The position numbers were made by a program, and so were the translations under genes. Under the pieces are notes generated by a model. That model was given only the letters and a program-made list of their open reading frames with translations. It was not told where the DNA came from and did no database searches. A DNA stretch of 64,000 bases from sequence record SRR20825019_1458, one strand, 5' to 3'. This document shows positions 1-9,157 of this stretch, piece by piece (positions within the stretch are counted from its first letter, which is position 1; every line of letters begins with the position of its first letter).

Positions 1-60
1 TGGTAGAGCAACTGACTTTTAATCAGTAGGCCACAGGTTCGAACCCTGTCGGGCTCACCA
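1..60 (+). tRNA. tRNA-Lys(TTT), 5' end cut by window edge
   Basis: D-loop TGGTAGAGC, anticodon arm CTGAC-TTTT-AATCAG with TTT anticodon, T-loop GGTTCGAACC, ends in CCA at 58-60. Confidence 0.93.
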
Positions 61-65
61 ATTCC

Positions 66-98
66 AAAAGGCCGATGCTTAATTGCGTCGGCCTTTTT
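66..98 (+). terminator. intrinsic terminator after tRNA-Lys
   Basis: AAAAGGCCGATGC-ttaatt-GCGTCGGCCTTTTT hairpin with T-run. Confidence 0.75.
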
Positions 99-245
99 GC
101 ATCTTTACCAATTCCTTTTCCCAATCAATCACAACATTCGCTTAGCGCCTCCAAAATGCCTCCTTTCTGTCCTTGTTTTTAGGGTAGTCTAGCGCCTAAA
201 GTGGTCCTGAAGATCAGCCTTTGAAGAAGTGGGAGCTATCATCGC

Positions 246-1310
246 ATGCAAGCCAAGCGTGGTTTTTGTTTTGGGTTAACGGTTTTATTGACGTCTTTTG
301 TCTTGGTGCCGGCCAGTAGCGCTGTTACCGAAAACACACCAGAGGCAGAGGCGTCGGGACCGGATGAGGCCTTCAAAGCCTGGATTGATGACGTGCGAAA
401 AGAAGCTCTTGAGCGGGGCATCAAAACCGAAACACTGGACCAGGTTTTGCCCAACATTACCCCTATAGAACGGGTGATCACGCGAGATCGCAATCAGCCG
501 GAAATCAAGCAACCCTATCAGGCCTATATTACCGCGCGCGTGAGCGATTGGCGAAAAAACAAGGGTGCCTTGATGATGGCGGAGCATGACGCCACCCTGA
601 AAGCCGCGGCAGAGAAGTATGGTGTGCAGGAACGTTTCATTGCCTCCATCTGGGGGATAGAAACCAACTATGGGACCGTACCGCTCAGCTATTCAGTTTT
701 CGACGCTGTTGCGACACTCGCATATGACAAACGTCGTGCCGCTCGTTTCCGGCGCGAACTCTTCGCTGCCCTCGAGATCCTTGATCAAGGTTATGCTCCC
801 TACGAGGACATGAAGGGCTCGTGGGCGGGGGCAATGGGTCAACCGCAGTTCATGCCAGAAGCGTATCTCAAGTTTGCTGTCGACCATGACGGTGACGGCA
901 TTAAAGATATCTGGAATAACAAAGTGGATGTTTTTGCTTCAATCGCAAACTACCTGAAGTCTTACGGTTGGGACAGCACCAAAACCTGGGGACGCAAAGT
1001 TAAGTTGCCCAAAGGTGGTGAGCAGTCGCTACAGGCCGCACAGGAAGCTGGGCTGGAACCTGCGCGTTGGTGCGCGGCTTACAAGACTTTGGGTGTATGG
1101 CGTGACCTTCAGGAGTGGCAGGAACTTGGTGTTCGTCGGATTACCGGCAAGGATTTGCCTGAAAGGTCTATTCCGGCAGCGCTGGTTGTTGCGGACGAGG
1201 GGGACGATGAAGGCTATCTGGTCTACAGCAACTTCTGTTCGATTATGCGGTATAACCCATCGTTCAAATACGCAATTGCCGTTGGTTTGTTGTCTGACGC
1301 GATCAAATAG
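246..1310 (+). CDS. lytic murein transglycosylase (MltB/SLT_2 family)
   Basis: signal peptide; IWGIETNYG catalytic motif, GSWAGAMGQPQFMP, DHDGDG EF-hand-like loop, YN.S..YA. Confidence 0.92.
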   Translation: MQAKRGFCFGLTVLLTSFVLVPASSAVTENTPEAEASGPDEAFKAWIDDVRKEALERGIKTETLDQVLPNITPIERVITRDRNQPEIKQPYQAYITARVSDWRKNKGALMMAEHDATLKAAAEKYGVQERFIASIWGIETNYGTVPLSYSVFDAVATLAYDKRRAARFRRELFAALEILDQGYAPYEDMKGSWAGAMGQPQFMPEAYLKFAVDHDGDGIKDIWNNKVDVFASIANYLKSYGWDSTKTWGRKVKLPKGGEQSLQAAQEAGLEPARWCAAYKTLGVWRDLQEWQELGVRRITGKDLPERSIPAALVVADEGDDEGYLVYSNFCSIMRYNPSFKYAIAVGLLSDAIK

Positions 1311-1316
1311 GGGGAA

Positions 1317-2120
1317 ATGGTGCGCGTTATCCTAATAGTTCTTGCTTTGGCAGTGGCATCATGTTCGTCGGGCTCCTACACCGTTGGCCCTAATACTCGC
1401 ATGCCTGACGATGACGAGCTTCCAACAGGCTCTCAGGGTGTCAAGCGCAAGGTTGGCAACCCGTATAAAGTCGCGGGTGTTTGGTATTATCCCAAGGAAG
1501 ACCCTCACTACGATGAAGTGGGATACGCGTCGTGGTATGGACCCGACTTTCACGGCAAAGCAACTGCGAATGGCGAGCGATATAATATGAACTCGCTCAC
1601 AGCGGCTCATAAGACGCTGCCCCTGCCTACTTTCGTGAAGGTTACCAACCTTGAAAATGGCCGCTCCATCGTTCTCCGAGTGAATGATCGTGGTCCGTTT
1701 GTAAAAAGCAGGATCATTGATGTATCGCGCAGAGGAGCGCAGCTTCTTGGTTTTGATAAGCAGGGTGTCACGAAGGTGCGCGTACAGGCGCTTGACGAGG
1801 ACGGCAAGATTGCCCGCCCGAATACCCGTACGGCCAGTTCCAGCAAGAGTACCAATGCCCCGGTAGTCGCGAGCAATGCGGGTTCGCATTTCATTCAGGT
1901 GGGCGCCTATAGCCAGCGGGAAAACGCTGAAGTTCAGATCAATAGACTAAATAGCAGAGGTCATAACGCACAGCTCGATCGCTATGAAAGTGGCGGTCGC
2001 AACCTGTGGCGTGTCCGGATAGGGCCCTTTATCGAGAAGCCCCTGGCTGAGGAGAAACTTGACCGGGTTGTGTCAGATGGGTTTTATGAAGCGCGCATTT
2101 TTACCGAATCCGCGCGATAA
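1317..2120 (+). CDS. rlpA: septal ring lytic transglycosylase RlpA with SPOR domain
   Basis: lipobox LAVASC; GYASWYG..FHGK.TANGE, TAAHKTLPLP, VNDRGPF, C-terminal IQVGAY SPOR domain. Confidence 0.93.
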   Translation: MVRVILIVLALAVASCSSGSYTVGPNTRMPDDDELPTGSQGVKRKVGNPYKVAGVWYYPKEDPHYDEVGYASWYGPDFHGKATANGERYNMNSLTAAHKTLPLPTFVKVTNLENGRSIVLRVNDRGPFVKSRIIDVSRRGAQLLGFDKQGVTKVRVQALDEDGKIARPNTRTASSSKSTNAPVVASNAGSHFIQVGAYSQRENAEVQINRLNSRGHNAQLDRYESGGRNLWRVRIGPFIEKPLAEEKLDRVVSDGFYEARIFTESAR

Positions 2121-2143
2121 CACTAGAAGTTCAAGGGAAAACA

Positions 2144-3328
2144 ATGCTTTACAGGATGAAGGCACATTTCGCAGTCCTAATTATCGGCACCATCGCTGCT
2201 TGGGCACCCGTTCAAGCTCAAATGGCGACCCCGGCCAAGCATGCTATTTTGCTCGATGCCTCAACTAACAGCATCCTCTTTGAAAAAGACGCGGATACAC
2301 CGTTTCCTCCGGCTTCGATGAGTAAGTTGATGACCGTTTACATGGCATTTGAAGCGATCAAAAACGGTACGATGCGACTAGATGATCAGGTTGTCGTCTC
2401 CGACCAAGCCTGGCGCGACTGGAACAATCGTGGCTCCACCATGTTCTTGCGGGCACGTGATGTTGTGACAGTCGCTGACCTGCTACGCGGCATCATCGTT
2501 CTGTCCGGTAATGACGCCTGTGTTGTACTGGCCGAACATATGGCCGGGTCGCACGATGTTTTTGTTGAGTGGTTGAATGCAAAAGGCATTGAGCTTGGCA
2601 TGACCGGCAGCCATTTCGCGAACGCAAACGGGTGGCCCGCTGAGGGTCACGTCATGACCGCTCGGGACCTTGCAACGCTCTCATTAAAACTGGCGACAGA
2701 CTTCCCTTCGCTCTATCCCATGTTTGCTGAGCGCGAGTATCTTTATAAAGATTTTGAGCGCAACAAATATAACCGCAATCCGCTTCTTGCCCGTTTTCCG
2801 GGCGCTGATGGCTTGAAAACCGGCCACACAGAAGAGTCTGGTTATGGTCTTGCAGCATCAGCTGAACGGGAAGGGCGGCGACTTGTTCTCGTGGTTTCAG
2901 GCCTGACATCGCAAAACGAACGTATGCGCGAAAGCACTCGCCTGATGCAATATGGGTACCGTAATTTCAGCCACTATCCATTGCTCCGGGCTGGAGAAAC
3001 CGTCGACTATGCGGAAGTTTGGCTTGGTCAGGAAGCGACAGTACCCATGGTAGTTGGGGAAGATGTCGCCATCACCATGTCCCGCCGTCAGCGTGCTCAG
3101 ATGGAAGTGAAGGTTGAATTCATCAATCCGGCCCCCGCACCTATCCAGCGCGGCGACAAGCTCGGCGAGTTGGTGATTGAGATGCCTGACCGAGCTGCCG
3201 TTCGCACACCGCTCCTTGCGGGGCAAGATGTTGCCGAGGTTGGTGGTATGGGCCGTATTGGTGCGGCCCTTGAATATATGCTCTTCGGCTCCGCCGGGGC
3301 AGAGATACCGGAACAACAGCCGCAATGA
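2144..3328 (+). CDS. D-alanyl-D-alanine carboxypeptidase (PBP5/6 family)
   Basis: PASMSK (SxxK), SGNDA (SxN), KTG motifs; usual rlpA-dac-tmk-holB order. Confidence 0.93.
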   Translation: MLYRMKAHFAVLIIGTIAAWAPVQAQMATPAKHAILLDASTNSILFEKDADTPFPPASMSKLMTVYMAFEAIKNGTMRLDDQVVVSDQAWRDWNNRGSTMFLRARDVVTVADLLRGIIVLSGNDACVVLAEHMAGSHDVFVEWLNAKGIELGMTGSHFANANGWPAEGHVMTARDLATLSLKLATDFPSLYPMFAEREYLYKDFERNKYNRNPLLARFPGADGLKTGHTEESGYGLAASAEREGRRLVLVVSGLTSQNERMRESTRLMQYGYRNFSHYPLLRAGETVDYAEVWLGQEATVPMVVGEDVAITMSRRQRAQMEVKVEFINPAPAPIQRGDKLGELVIEMPDRAAVRTPLLAGQDVAEVGGMGRIGAALEYMLFGSAGAEIPEQQPQ

Positions 3329-3972
3329 ACGGACGACCCCGTTTTCTGACATTTGAAGGCGGCGAGGGCGCAGGCAAGTCAACTCAGATCCGTCTGATGG
3401 CGGATTGGCTTGCCGCCAAAGGCATTGACGTCCTCTTGACCCGGGAGCCGGGGGGCTCTCCCGGTGCTGAGCTTATCCGTGATTTGTTATTGAAGGGGGC
3501 CGTGGACAGGTGGCTACCCATAAGCGAGGCCTTGATGCTGGCCGCCGCACGGGCTGATCATATCGAGCGCACGATAAGGCCGGCCTTAAAGGCCGGCAAA
3601 TGGGTGTTGTGTGACCGGTTCTATGATTCCAGTGTGGCGTATCAAGGAGCAGGGCGAGGTGTTGGTGTCACAGAAGTGCAGACCATCCAAAAGATTGCCT
3701 TTGGTGATATGCGCCCAGACCTGACACTGATACTTGATCTTCCCGTTGACATTGGTCTCAAGCGCGCACTGGCACGCGAAGGGGAAAAGTCAGATATGGA
3801 AGACCGTTTCGAGCGGATGGAAAGATCGTTTCACGAAACGCTCCGCCAAGCGTTCCTCTCTATCGCCGAGGCAGAAACTGACCGGTGCGTGGTGGTTAAC
3901 GCAGATCAGGGAATTGAGCAACTGCAGCAACAGCTTAGAGGCATCGTCACAGACAGGTCACTGTTGTCATGA
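3325..3972 (+). CDS. tmk: thymidylate kinase
   Basis: FEGGEGAGKST P-loop, TREPGG, CDRF..SS.AYQG. Confidence 0.96.
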   Translation: MNGRPRFLTFEGGEGAGKSTQIRLMADWLAAKGIDVLLTREPGGSPGAELIRDLLLKGAVDRWLPISEALMLAAARADHIERTIRPALKAGKWVLCDRFYDSSVAYQGAGRGVGVTEVQTIQKIAFGDMRPDLTLILDLPVDIGLKRALAREGEKSDMEDRFERMERSFHETLRQAFLSIAEAETDRCVVVNADQGIEQLQQQLRGIVTDRSLLS

Positions 3973-5066
3973 CGGAAGCATCACAAAATCTGGCCCACCC
4001 GCGCGCTACCATGCAACTTTTTGGTCATGAGAGCGGCGAACGCCAGTTTCTGGAAGCGTTCAATGGCGACCGGCTCCATCACGCGTGGCTACTGACAGGC
4101 CCAAAAGGCATTGGGAAAGCGACCCTCGCCTGGCGTATGGCCAAGTTTCTGGCTGTTCAGCCAAGCGATGCGGCGGGAGGTTTGTTTGGCGAGGCACCGA
4201 AGGCGGATAGCCTGGAAGTGAGCGCAGAAAACCCGATTGTTCAACGCATCTTGGGTGGGGGCTTTGGCGGCATCGCCGTTGCTGAACGCACGGAGAATGA
4301 AAAAACGGGCAAACTGCGCTCGGATATCGTGATTGATGACGTACGGAAGTTAACCCGTTTCTATTCACAAACCAGTGCCGAGGGTGGCTGGCGTGTTGCC
4401 ATTGTGGACGCCGCAGACGAGATGAACACGAACGCGGCAAACGCGCTCCTCAAGTTGTTGGAGGAGCCGCCTGCCAAATCGATCCTGATTCTGGTTGCTC
4501 ATTCCCCCGGCAAGCTTCTGCCAACCATTCGCAGCCGATGCCGTACCTTGAAGCTGAAACCTCTTGCAGAAAATAGTGTTCGCGCTGTTCTGGCGGCAAA
4601 ATTCCCAGCGCTGAGCCCGGAAGATCTGACGGCTCTCGCGCGACTTTCATCCGGCGCGCCGGGACGAGCGATGGAGATGGCAAGTCTGGACGGTGTTTCA
4701 CTGTACCGTCAGATGGCAACACAGCTCACTGGACTGCCTCGCGTCAATATACCTCAGGTTCATACGCTTGCCGGGCAGCTTGCCGCCCCGAAAGCTGACG
4801 CTGAGTACCGGCTTTTTATCGCCATGTTTTTAAACTGGATTGAGCGTTTGATACGCCAAAGCGCCAGCGGTATCGCCACAAATGACATCATGATGGGTGA
4901 AAGTGCGGAAATGGCACGCATTTCGGCACTCGCAAAGCTTGATCACTGGCTAGACCTGTGGGAAAAGATGGGCCGCTTGGTCGCCCGTGCTGACGCGGTA
5001 AACCTTGACCGTAAACAAGTGATTGTAAACCTATTTTCCTCACTTGGTGCGCTCTCGCGACCTTAA
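3969..5066 (+). CDS. holB: DNA polymerase III delta' subunit
   Basis: HAWLLTGPKGIGKAT, AANALLKLLEEPP, LPTIRSRC; follows tmk. Confidence 0.94.
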   Translation: MTEASQNLAHPRATMQLFGHESGERQFLEAFNGDRLHHAWLLTGPKGIGKATLAWRMAKFLAVQPSDAAGGLFGEAPKADSLEVSAENPIVQRILGGGFGGIAVAERTENEKTGKLRSDIVIDDVRKLTRFYSQTSAEGGWRVAIVDAADEMNTNAANALLKLLEEPPAKSILILVAHSPGKLLPTIRSRCRTLKLKPLAENSVRAVLAAKFPALSPEDLTALARLSSGAPGRAMEMASLDGVSLYRQMATQLTGLPRVNIPQVHTLAGQLAAPKADAEYRLFIAMFLNWIERLIRQSASGIATNDIMMGESAEMARISALAKLDHWLDLWEKMGRLVARADAVNLDRKQVIVNLFSSLGALSRP

Positions 5067-5101
5067 GCCTGAGTTTTAGATTTCAGATCGAGAAAATAAT
5101 T

Positions 5102-6655
5102 ATGACCGGCCGTCCGTCCTACTATGTCACGACCCCAATTTATTATGTGAACGACAAGCCTCACATTGGCCACGCATATACGACACTAGCCGCCGACGTT
5201 CTCGCGCGTTTCAAGCGTCTTGATGGTTTTGATGTGATGTTCCTCACTGGCACGGATGAGCATGGGCAGAAAATCGAGCGGTCCGCTGAAAAAGCTGGGA
5301 TTGATCCACAAACTTTCTGTGATCAGGTTTCTGCTCACTTTAAAGATCTTGCCGCAGCGATGAATTTCTCGAACGATCAGTTTATCCGCACCACGGAAGA
5401 CCGGCATAAAAAGGCCGTACAACACCTTTGGAAGGTGCTCGAAGACAAGGGCTTTATCTATGAGGATAGCTATGCTGGTTGGTATTCTGTCCGTGATGAA
5501 GCTTTTTATGCAGAAGGCGAACTGATAGAAGGCAAAGGCGATGAGAAGCTCGCACCAACCGGCGCTCCGGTTGAGTGGGTGGAAGAGCCAAGTTACTTCT
5601 TCAAGCTGTCTGCGTTTGAAGAAAAGCTCCTTGAACTTTATGACAATGACCCCGACTTTGTTCTGCCAAAATCGCGTCTGAATGAAGTTCGCAGTTTTGT
5701 GGCGGGCGGACTTGAAGATCTGTCAATTTCACGCACCACCTTCAAGTGGGGCGTGCAGGTGCCGGAAAAAGACGGGCACATCATGTATGTCTGGATCGAT
5801 GCGCTTGCAAACTACCTGACAGCTGTCGGCTATCCTGACGTTAGCGCGGAGGCCTACCAGAAGTTCTGGCCTGCTAATGTTCATATCGTGGGTAAGGATA
5901 TCCTGCGGTTTCATGCGGTTTATTGGCCCGCGTTTCTTATGGCCGCAGACCTTCCTTTGCCGAAACGCATTTTTGCGCATGGCTGGTGGACCAACGAAGG
6001 CCAGAAGATATCAAAATCGCTAGGCAACGTGATAGACCCTTACGACCTTGTTGAAAGTTATGGCCTGGATGCCACTCGTTTCTTCATGTTGAGAGAAGTA
6101 CCCTTCGGGAATGACGGAGACTTCTCCCGCAAGTCTTTTGTGCTGCGTTGTAATGCTGACCTCGCTAACGGGCTTGGTAATCTCAGCCAGCGCACACTCT
6201 CGATGATTCACAAAAATTGTGATGAAAAGCTACCCATGCCGTCTCAGTTCTCTCGTGAAGACAGTGAACTATTGGAAAATGTTGAGAAAACACTTGAGGT
6301 GGTGCGTGGCTATATGGACCGCCAAGCCTTCCACCTTGCACTAGATGCAATCTGGGTTCAGGCCAGTGCTGCAGATACCTATGTCTCGGTTCAGGAGCCT
6401 TGGAAGCTGAAGAAAACAGACCCTGAGCGCATGAACACCGTGCTTTATGTGCTGGCTGAGGCCATTCGCCAGATCGCAATTCTCGCTCAACCAATTATGC
6501 CAGCATCAGTCGATAAACTGTTATCTCAGCTCGGTGTGACAGATCGCGGATTTGACCAGATTGGTGCAGCGGGGCGGATGAAACCGGGTCAACCGATCCC
6601 TAAACCCGAAGGTGTGTTCCCGCGTTTTGATCTACCGGAGGAAAGTGAAGTCTGA
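5102..6655 (+). CDS. metG: methionine--tRNA ligase
   Basis: YYVNDKPHIGH, LTGTDEHGQK, YVWIDAL, GKDILRFH, KISKSLGN. Confidence 0.97.
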   Translation: MTGRPSYYVTTPIYYVNDKPHIGHAYTTLAADVLARFKRLDGFDVMFLTGTDEHGQKIERSAEKAGIDPQTFCDQVSAHFKDLAAAMNFSNDQFIRTTEDRHKKAVQHLWKVLEDKGFIYEDSYAGWYSVRDEAFYAEGELIEGKGDEKLAPTGAPVEWVEEPSYFFKLSAFEEKLLELYDNDPDFVLPKSRLNEVRSFVAGGLEDLSISRTTFKWGVQVPEKDGHIMYVWIDALANYLTAVGYPDVSAEAYQKFWPANVHIVGKDILRFHAVYWPAFLMAADLPLPKRIFAHGWWTNEGQKISKSLGNVIDPYDLVESYGLDATRFFMLREVPFGNDGDFSRKSFVLRCNADLANGLGNLSQRTLSMIHKNCDEKLPMPSQFSREDSELLENVEKTLEVVRGYMDRQAFHLALDAIWVQASAADTYVSVQEPWKLKKTDPERMNTVLYVLAEAIRQIAILAQPIMPASVDKLLSQLGVTDRGFDQIGAAGRMKPGQPIPKPEGVFPRFDLPEESEV

Positions 6656-7464
6656 TGTCTGCGTTTGGGTATATAGTCGATAGCCATTGTCACCTGAACT
6701 ATAAAGGCTTGCGCGAAGACGAAGCTGGCGTGGTGGAGCGTGCACGTGCCGCGGGTGTCGGCTGTATGCTGGCGATCAATACCAAACTGACCGAGTATGA
6801 CGAGGTGCGTATTATTGCAGAGCGCTATGACGACATATACGGCACGGTTGGTATCCACCCCCATGAAGCAGAGAACGAACCGGATGTAGCACTTGCAGAG
6901 CTGGTGAAGAGGGCAGCGCACCCTAAAATAGTTGGAATCGGCGAAACCGGGCTGGATTATTACTACGATAATGCCCCAAGGGATATGCAACAGGTAAACT
7001 TCCGAGCGCACATTACTGCAGCACGAGAGACCGGCTTGCCAGTTATCGTGCATACACGGGATGCTGACGATGATTGTATCAATATCTTGCGCGAGGAAAT
7101 GAACAAAGGGCCTTTTAAGGGCGTTATTCATTGTTTTACCGCAAGTCAGCGCCTCGCCGATGCCTGTCTCGACATGGGTTTATACATCTCCATATCCGGC
7201 ATTGTGACGTTCAAGAGCGCGAAGGACCTACAGGCAACAGTGAAAACCCTGCCGCTGGACCGCATGTTGGTGGAGACGGATTCTCCCTTTCTCGCACCTG
7301 TCCCACACAGGGGGAAAACCTGTGAGCCGGCGTTTGTGGCAGACACAGCCGCTTTTGTTGCAGAGTTGAAAGGCCTTGGCCTTGACGAGTTGCGAGAGGC
7401 CACAACCGAAAACTTTTTCAATCTCTTCTCCAAAGCGACACCGCCGCAAAGGCGAGATGTATGA
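6655..7464 (+). CDS. TatD family hydrolase
   Basis: DSHCHL, GIHPH, IGETGLDY, VHTRDA, HCF, ETDSPFLAP. Confidence 0.94.
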   Translation: MSAFGYIVDSHCHLNYKGLREDEAGVVERARAAGVGCMLAINTKLTEYDEVRIIAERYDDIYGTVGIHPHEAENEPDVALAELVKRAAHPKIVGIGETGLDYYYDNAPRDMQQVNFRAHITAARETGLPVIVHTRDADDDCINILREEMNKGPFKGVIHCFTASQRLADACLDMGLYISISGIVTFKSAKDLQATVKTLPLDRMLVETDSPFLAPVPHRGKTCEPAFVADTAAFVAELKGLGLDELREATTENFFNLFSKATPPQRRDV

Positions 7465-8216
7465 AGCTCACCATCCTTGGCTGCGGTACGTCAGGCGGTG
7501 TTCCCAAAATGCCGGAATATTGGGGTGCCTGCGACCCAGAGAATCCCAAAAACCGCCGTCGGCGGGCTAGTATTTTGATCGACGAGGGCGATACCACCGT
7601 TTTGGTAGATACCACGCCAGACCTGCGTGAACAGATGCTGAGCGCCAAGATGCAGCATCTGGATGCTGTATTCTATACCCACGATCACGCTGATCATACG
7701 CACGGTATCGACGACCTGCGTGGCTTCTACCAGACATCAAGAAAACGGGTTCCGGTCTTTGGTGATGAAGCCACCATTAGCGCGCTCAGGGACCGGTTTT
7801 CATACATCTTCCGCTCCCAGTCAGGCTATCCCGCGATATGCTCCAGCCATGTATTGAATGGGCAGAAACGTGTAGGAGCTATCAAAATGATCCCGTTTGA
7901 ACAAGGCCACGGCGCGGGTATCAGTCTCGGTTATCGTTTCGGTGACATGGCTTATTCAACCGACCTCGACCGGCTGCCAGAAAGTGCGTTTGATGTTTTG
8001 AGCGGCGTCAAGGTTTGGGTTGTTGATGCGCTTCGGTATGAAAAACACCCAACCCACTCGCATCTTGCACAAACGCTCAGATGGATCGAACGTGTAGGCC
8101 CTGAAAAGGCAGTTCTGACTCATATGACCTGGGACATGGATTACGACACCCTATACGAGACCTTACCTGCGGGCGTTGAGCCCGCATATGATGGCATGAC
8201 AATCACACTGCCGTGA
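7461..8216 (+). CDS. MBL-fold metallo-hydrolase (PhnP/YcfJ-like)
   Basis: LGCGTSGGVP, THDHADHTHGIDD metal-binding motif; standard TatD neighbour. Confidence 0.9.
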   Translation: MKLTILGCGTSGGVPKMPEYWGACDPENPKNRRRRASILIDEGDTTVLVDTTPDLREQMLSAKMQHLDAVFYTHDHADHTHGIDDLRGFYQTSRKRVPVFGDEATISALRDRFSYIFRSQSGYPAICSSHVLNGQKRVGAIKMIPFEQGHGAGISLGYRFGDMAYSTDLDRLPESAFDVLSGVKVWVVDALRYEKHPTHSHLAQTLRWIERVGPEKAVLTHMTWDMDYDTLYETLPAGVEPAYDGMTITLP

Positions 8217-8287
8217 TGGTTTAGGGCCTAAAGACTTGTTGGCTGGAATTCCGTCATCTCGTATGCTCAACCCTATGGAGGAAAGAG

Positions 8288-9037
8288 ATGAGCCGTGAAC
8301 CTTGGCGTGTCCCTGATCATGAAGAACGGCCAGACCAGCATGGGCGCGGGAACGGATACGAGCATCGTCCTTCCAGAATCGTTCGGTTGGGTATCTTCCT
8401 GACTGGCATGACAATGCTACTTTTTGGTCTCTCCCTGGCATTTCCCATTGATATGATGGCTGACCCTTATTTGGTGAGGGGCTCTATCATACTGTTCATT
8501 TTTGGCGGTGCAGCTGCGTTCTGGAGTCGATCGAGCCTGATGCGGCTCGCAAAATTTGCGGGCCTCTGGATTATCATCATCTGCGGTATCGCGACCTTTT
8601 ACCTCTATCGGTCTGACCTTGGTACGCGCTTTATGAGTGCAATTGACCCGATGGGCGTTACGACGACAAACGAGGGCATGCTCGTACACCGGTCTCAAGA
8701 CGGACATTTCTGGCTTCGGGGTCGTATGAACGGCGTAATCGTCAATTTCATGGTGGATACCGGTGCATCAAACGTAGTATTAAGCCCTGATGATGCCCAG
8801 CGCGTGGGCATCAATACAGGTCTTCTTGACTTCAGCGGTCGCGCAACAACTGCAAATGGGGAAGTACGCTATGCCCGGGCGACAGTACGTGAGCTTGGTT
8901 TAGGCGATGCAGTCTTTTACGATGTGCCGGTTACTGTAAACGGCGCGGAAATGCATGGCTCGCTGCTGGGCATGTCGGTTCTGCAGCATTTCGCCAGCAT
9001 AGAGTTCCGGGGTGACATGCTGATTCTCCGCCAATAA
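8288..9037 (+). CDS. membrane-anchored clan AA aspartic protease (TIGR02281-like)
   Basis: 3 N-terminal TM segments, DGHF, FMVDTGAS, TANG, SLLGMS. Confidence 0.88.
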   Translation: MSREPWRVPDHEERPDQHGRGNGYEHRPSRIVRLGIFLTGMTMLLFGLSLAFPIDMMADPYLVRGSIILFIFGGAAAFWSRSSLMRLAKFAGLWIIIICGIATFYLYRSDLGTRFMSAIDPMGVTTTNEGMLVHRSQDGHFWLRGRMNGVIVNFMVDTGASNVVLSPDDAQRVGINTGLLDFSGRATTANGEVRYARATVRELGLGDAVFYDVPVTVNGAEMHGSLLGMSVLQHFASIEFRGDMLILRQ

Positions 9038-9157
9038 ATTATACTGGTTTGTATTAGCAGCCTTGCAATCACATCGCTGACGCCCATATTTTCGATATAA
9101 ATTTCTTTAGAAAAAAAATGCCGAAATTTGCCCGGCAGAGCAGGGATAACCCACCAT

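Noticed and set aside
1-245. tRNA-Lys as an island integration site
   Set aside because: Followed directly by core genes; no integrase next to it and no duplicated tRNA-Lys 3' end seen
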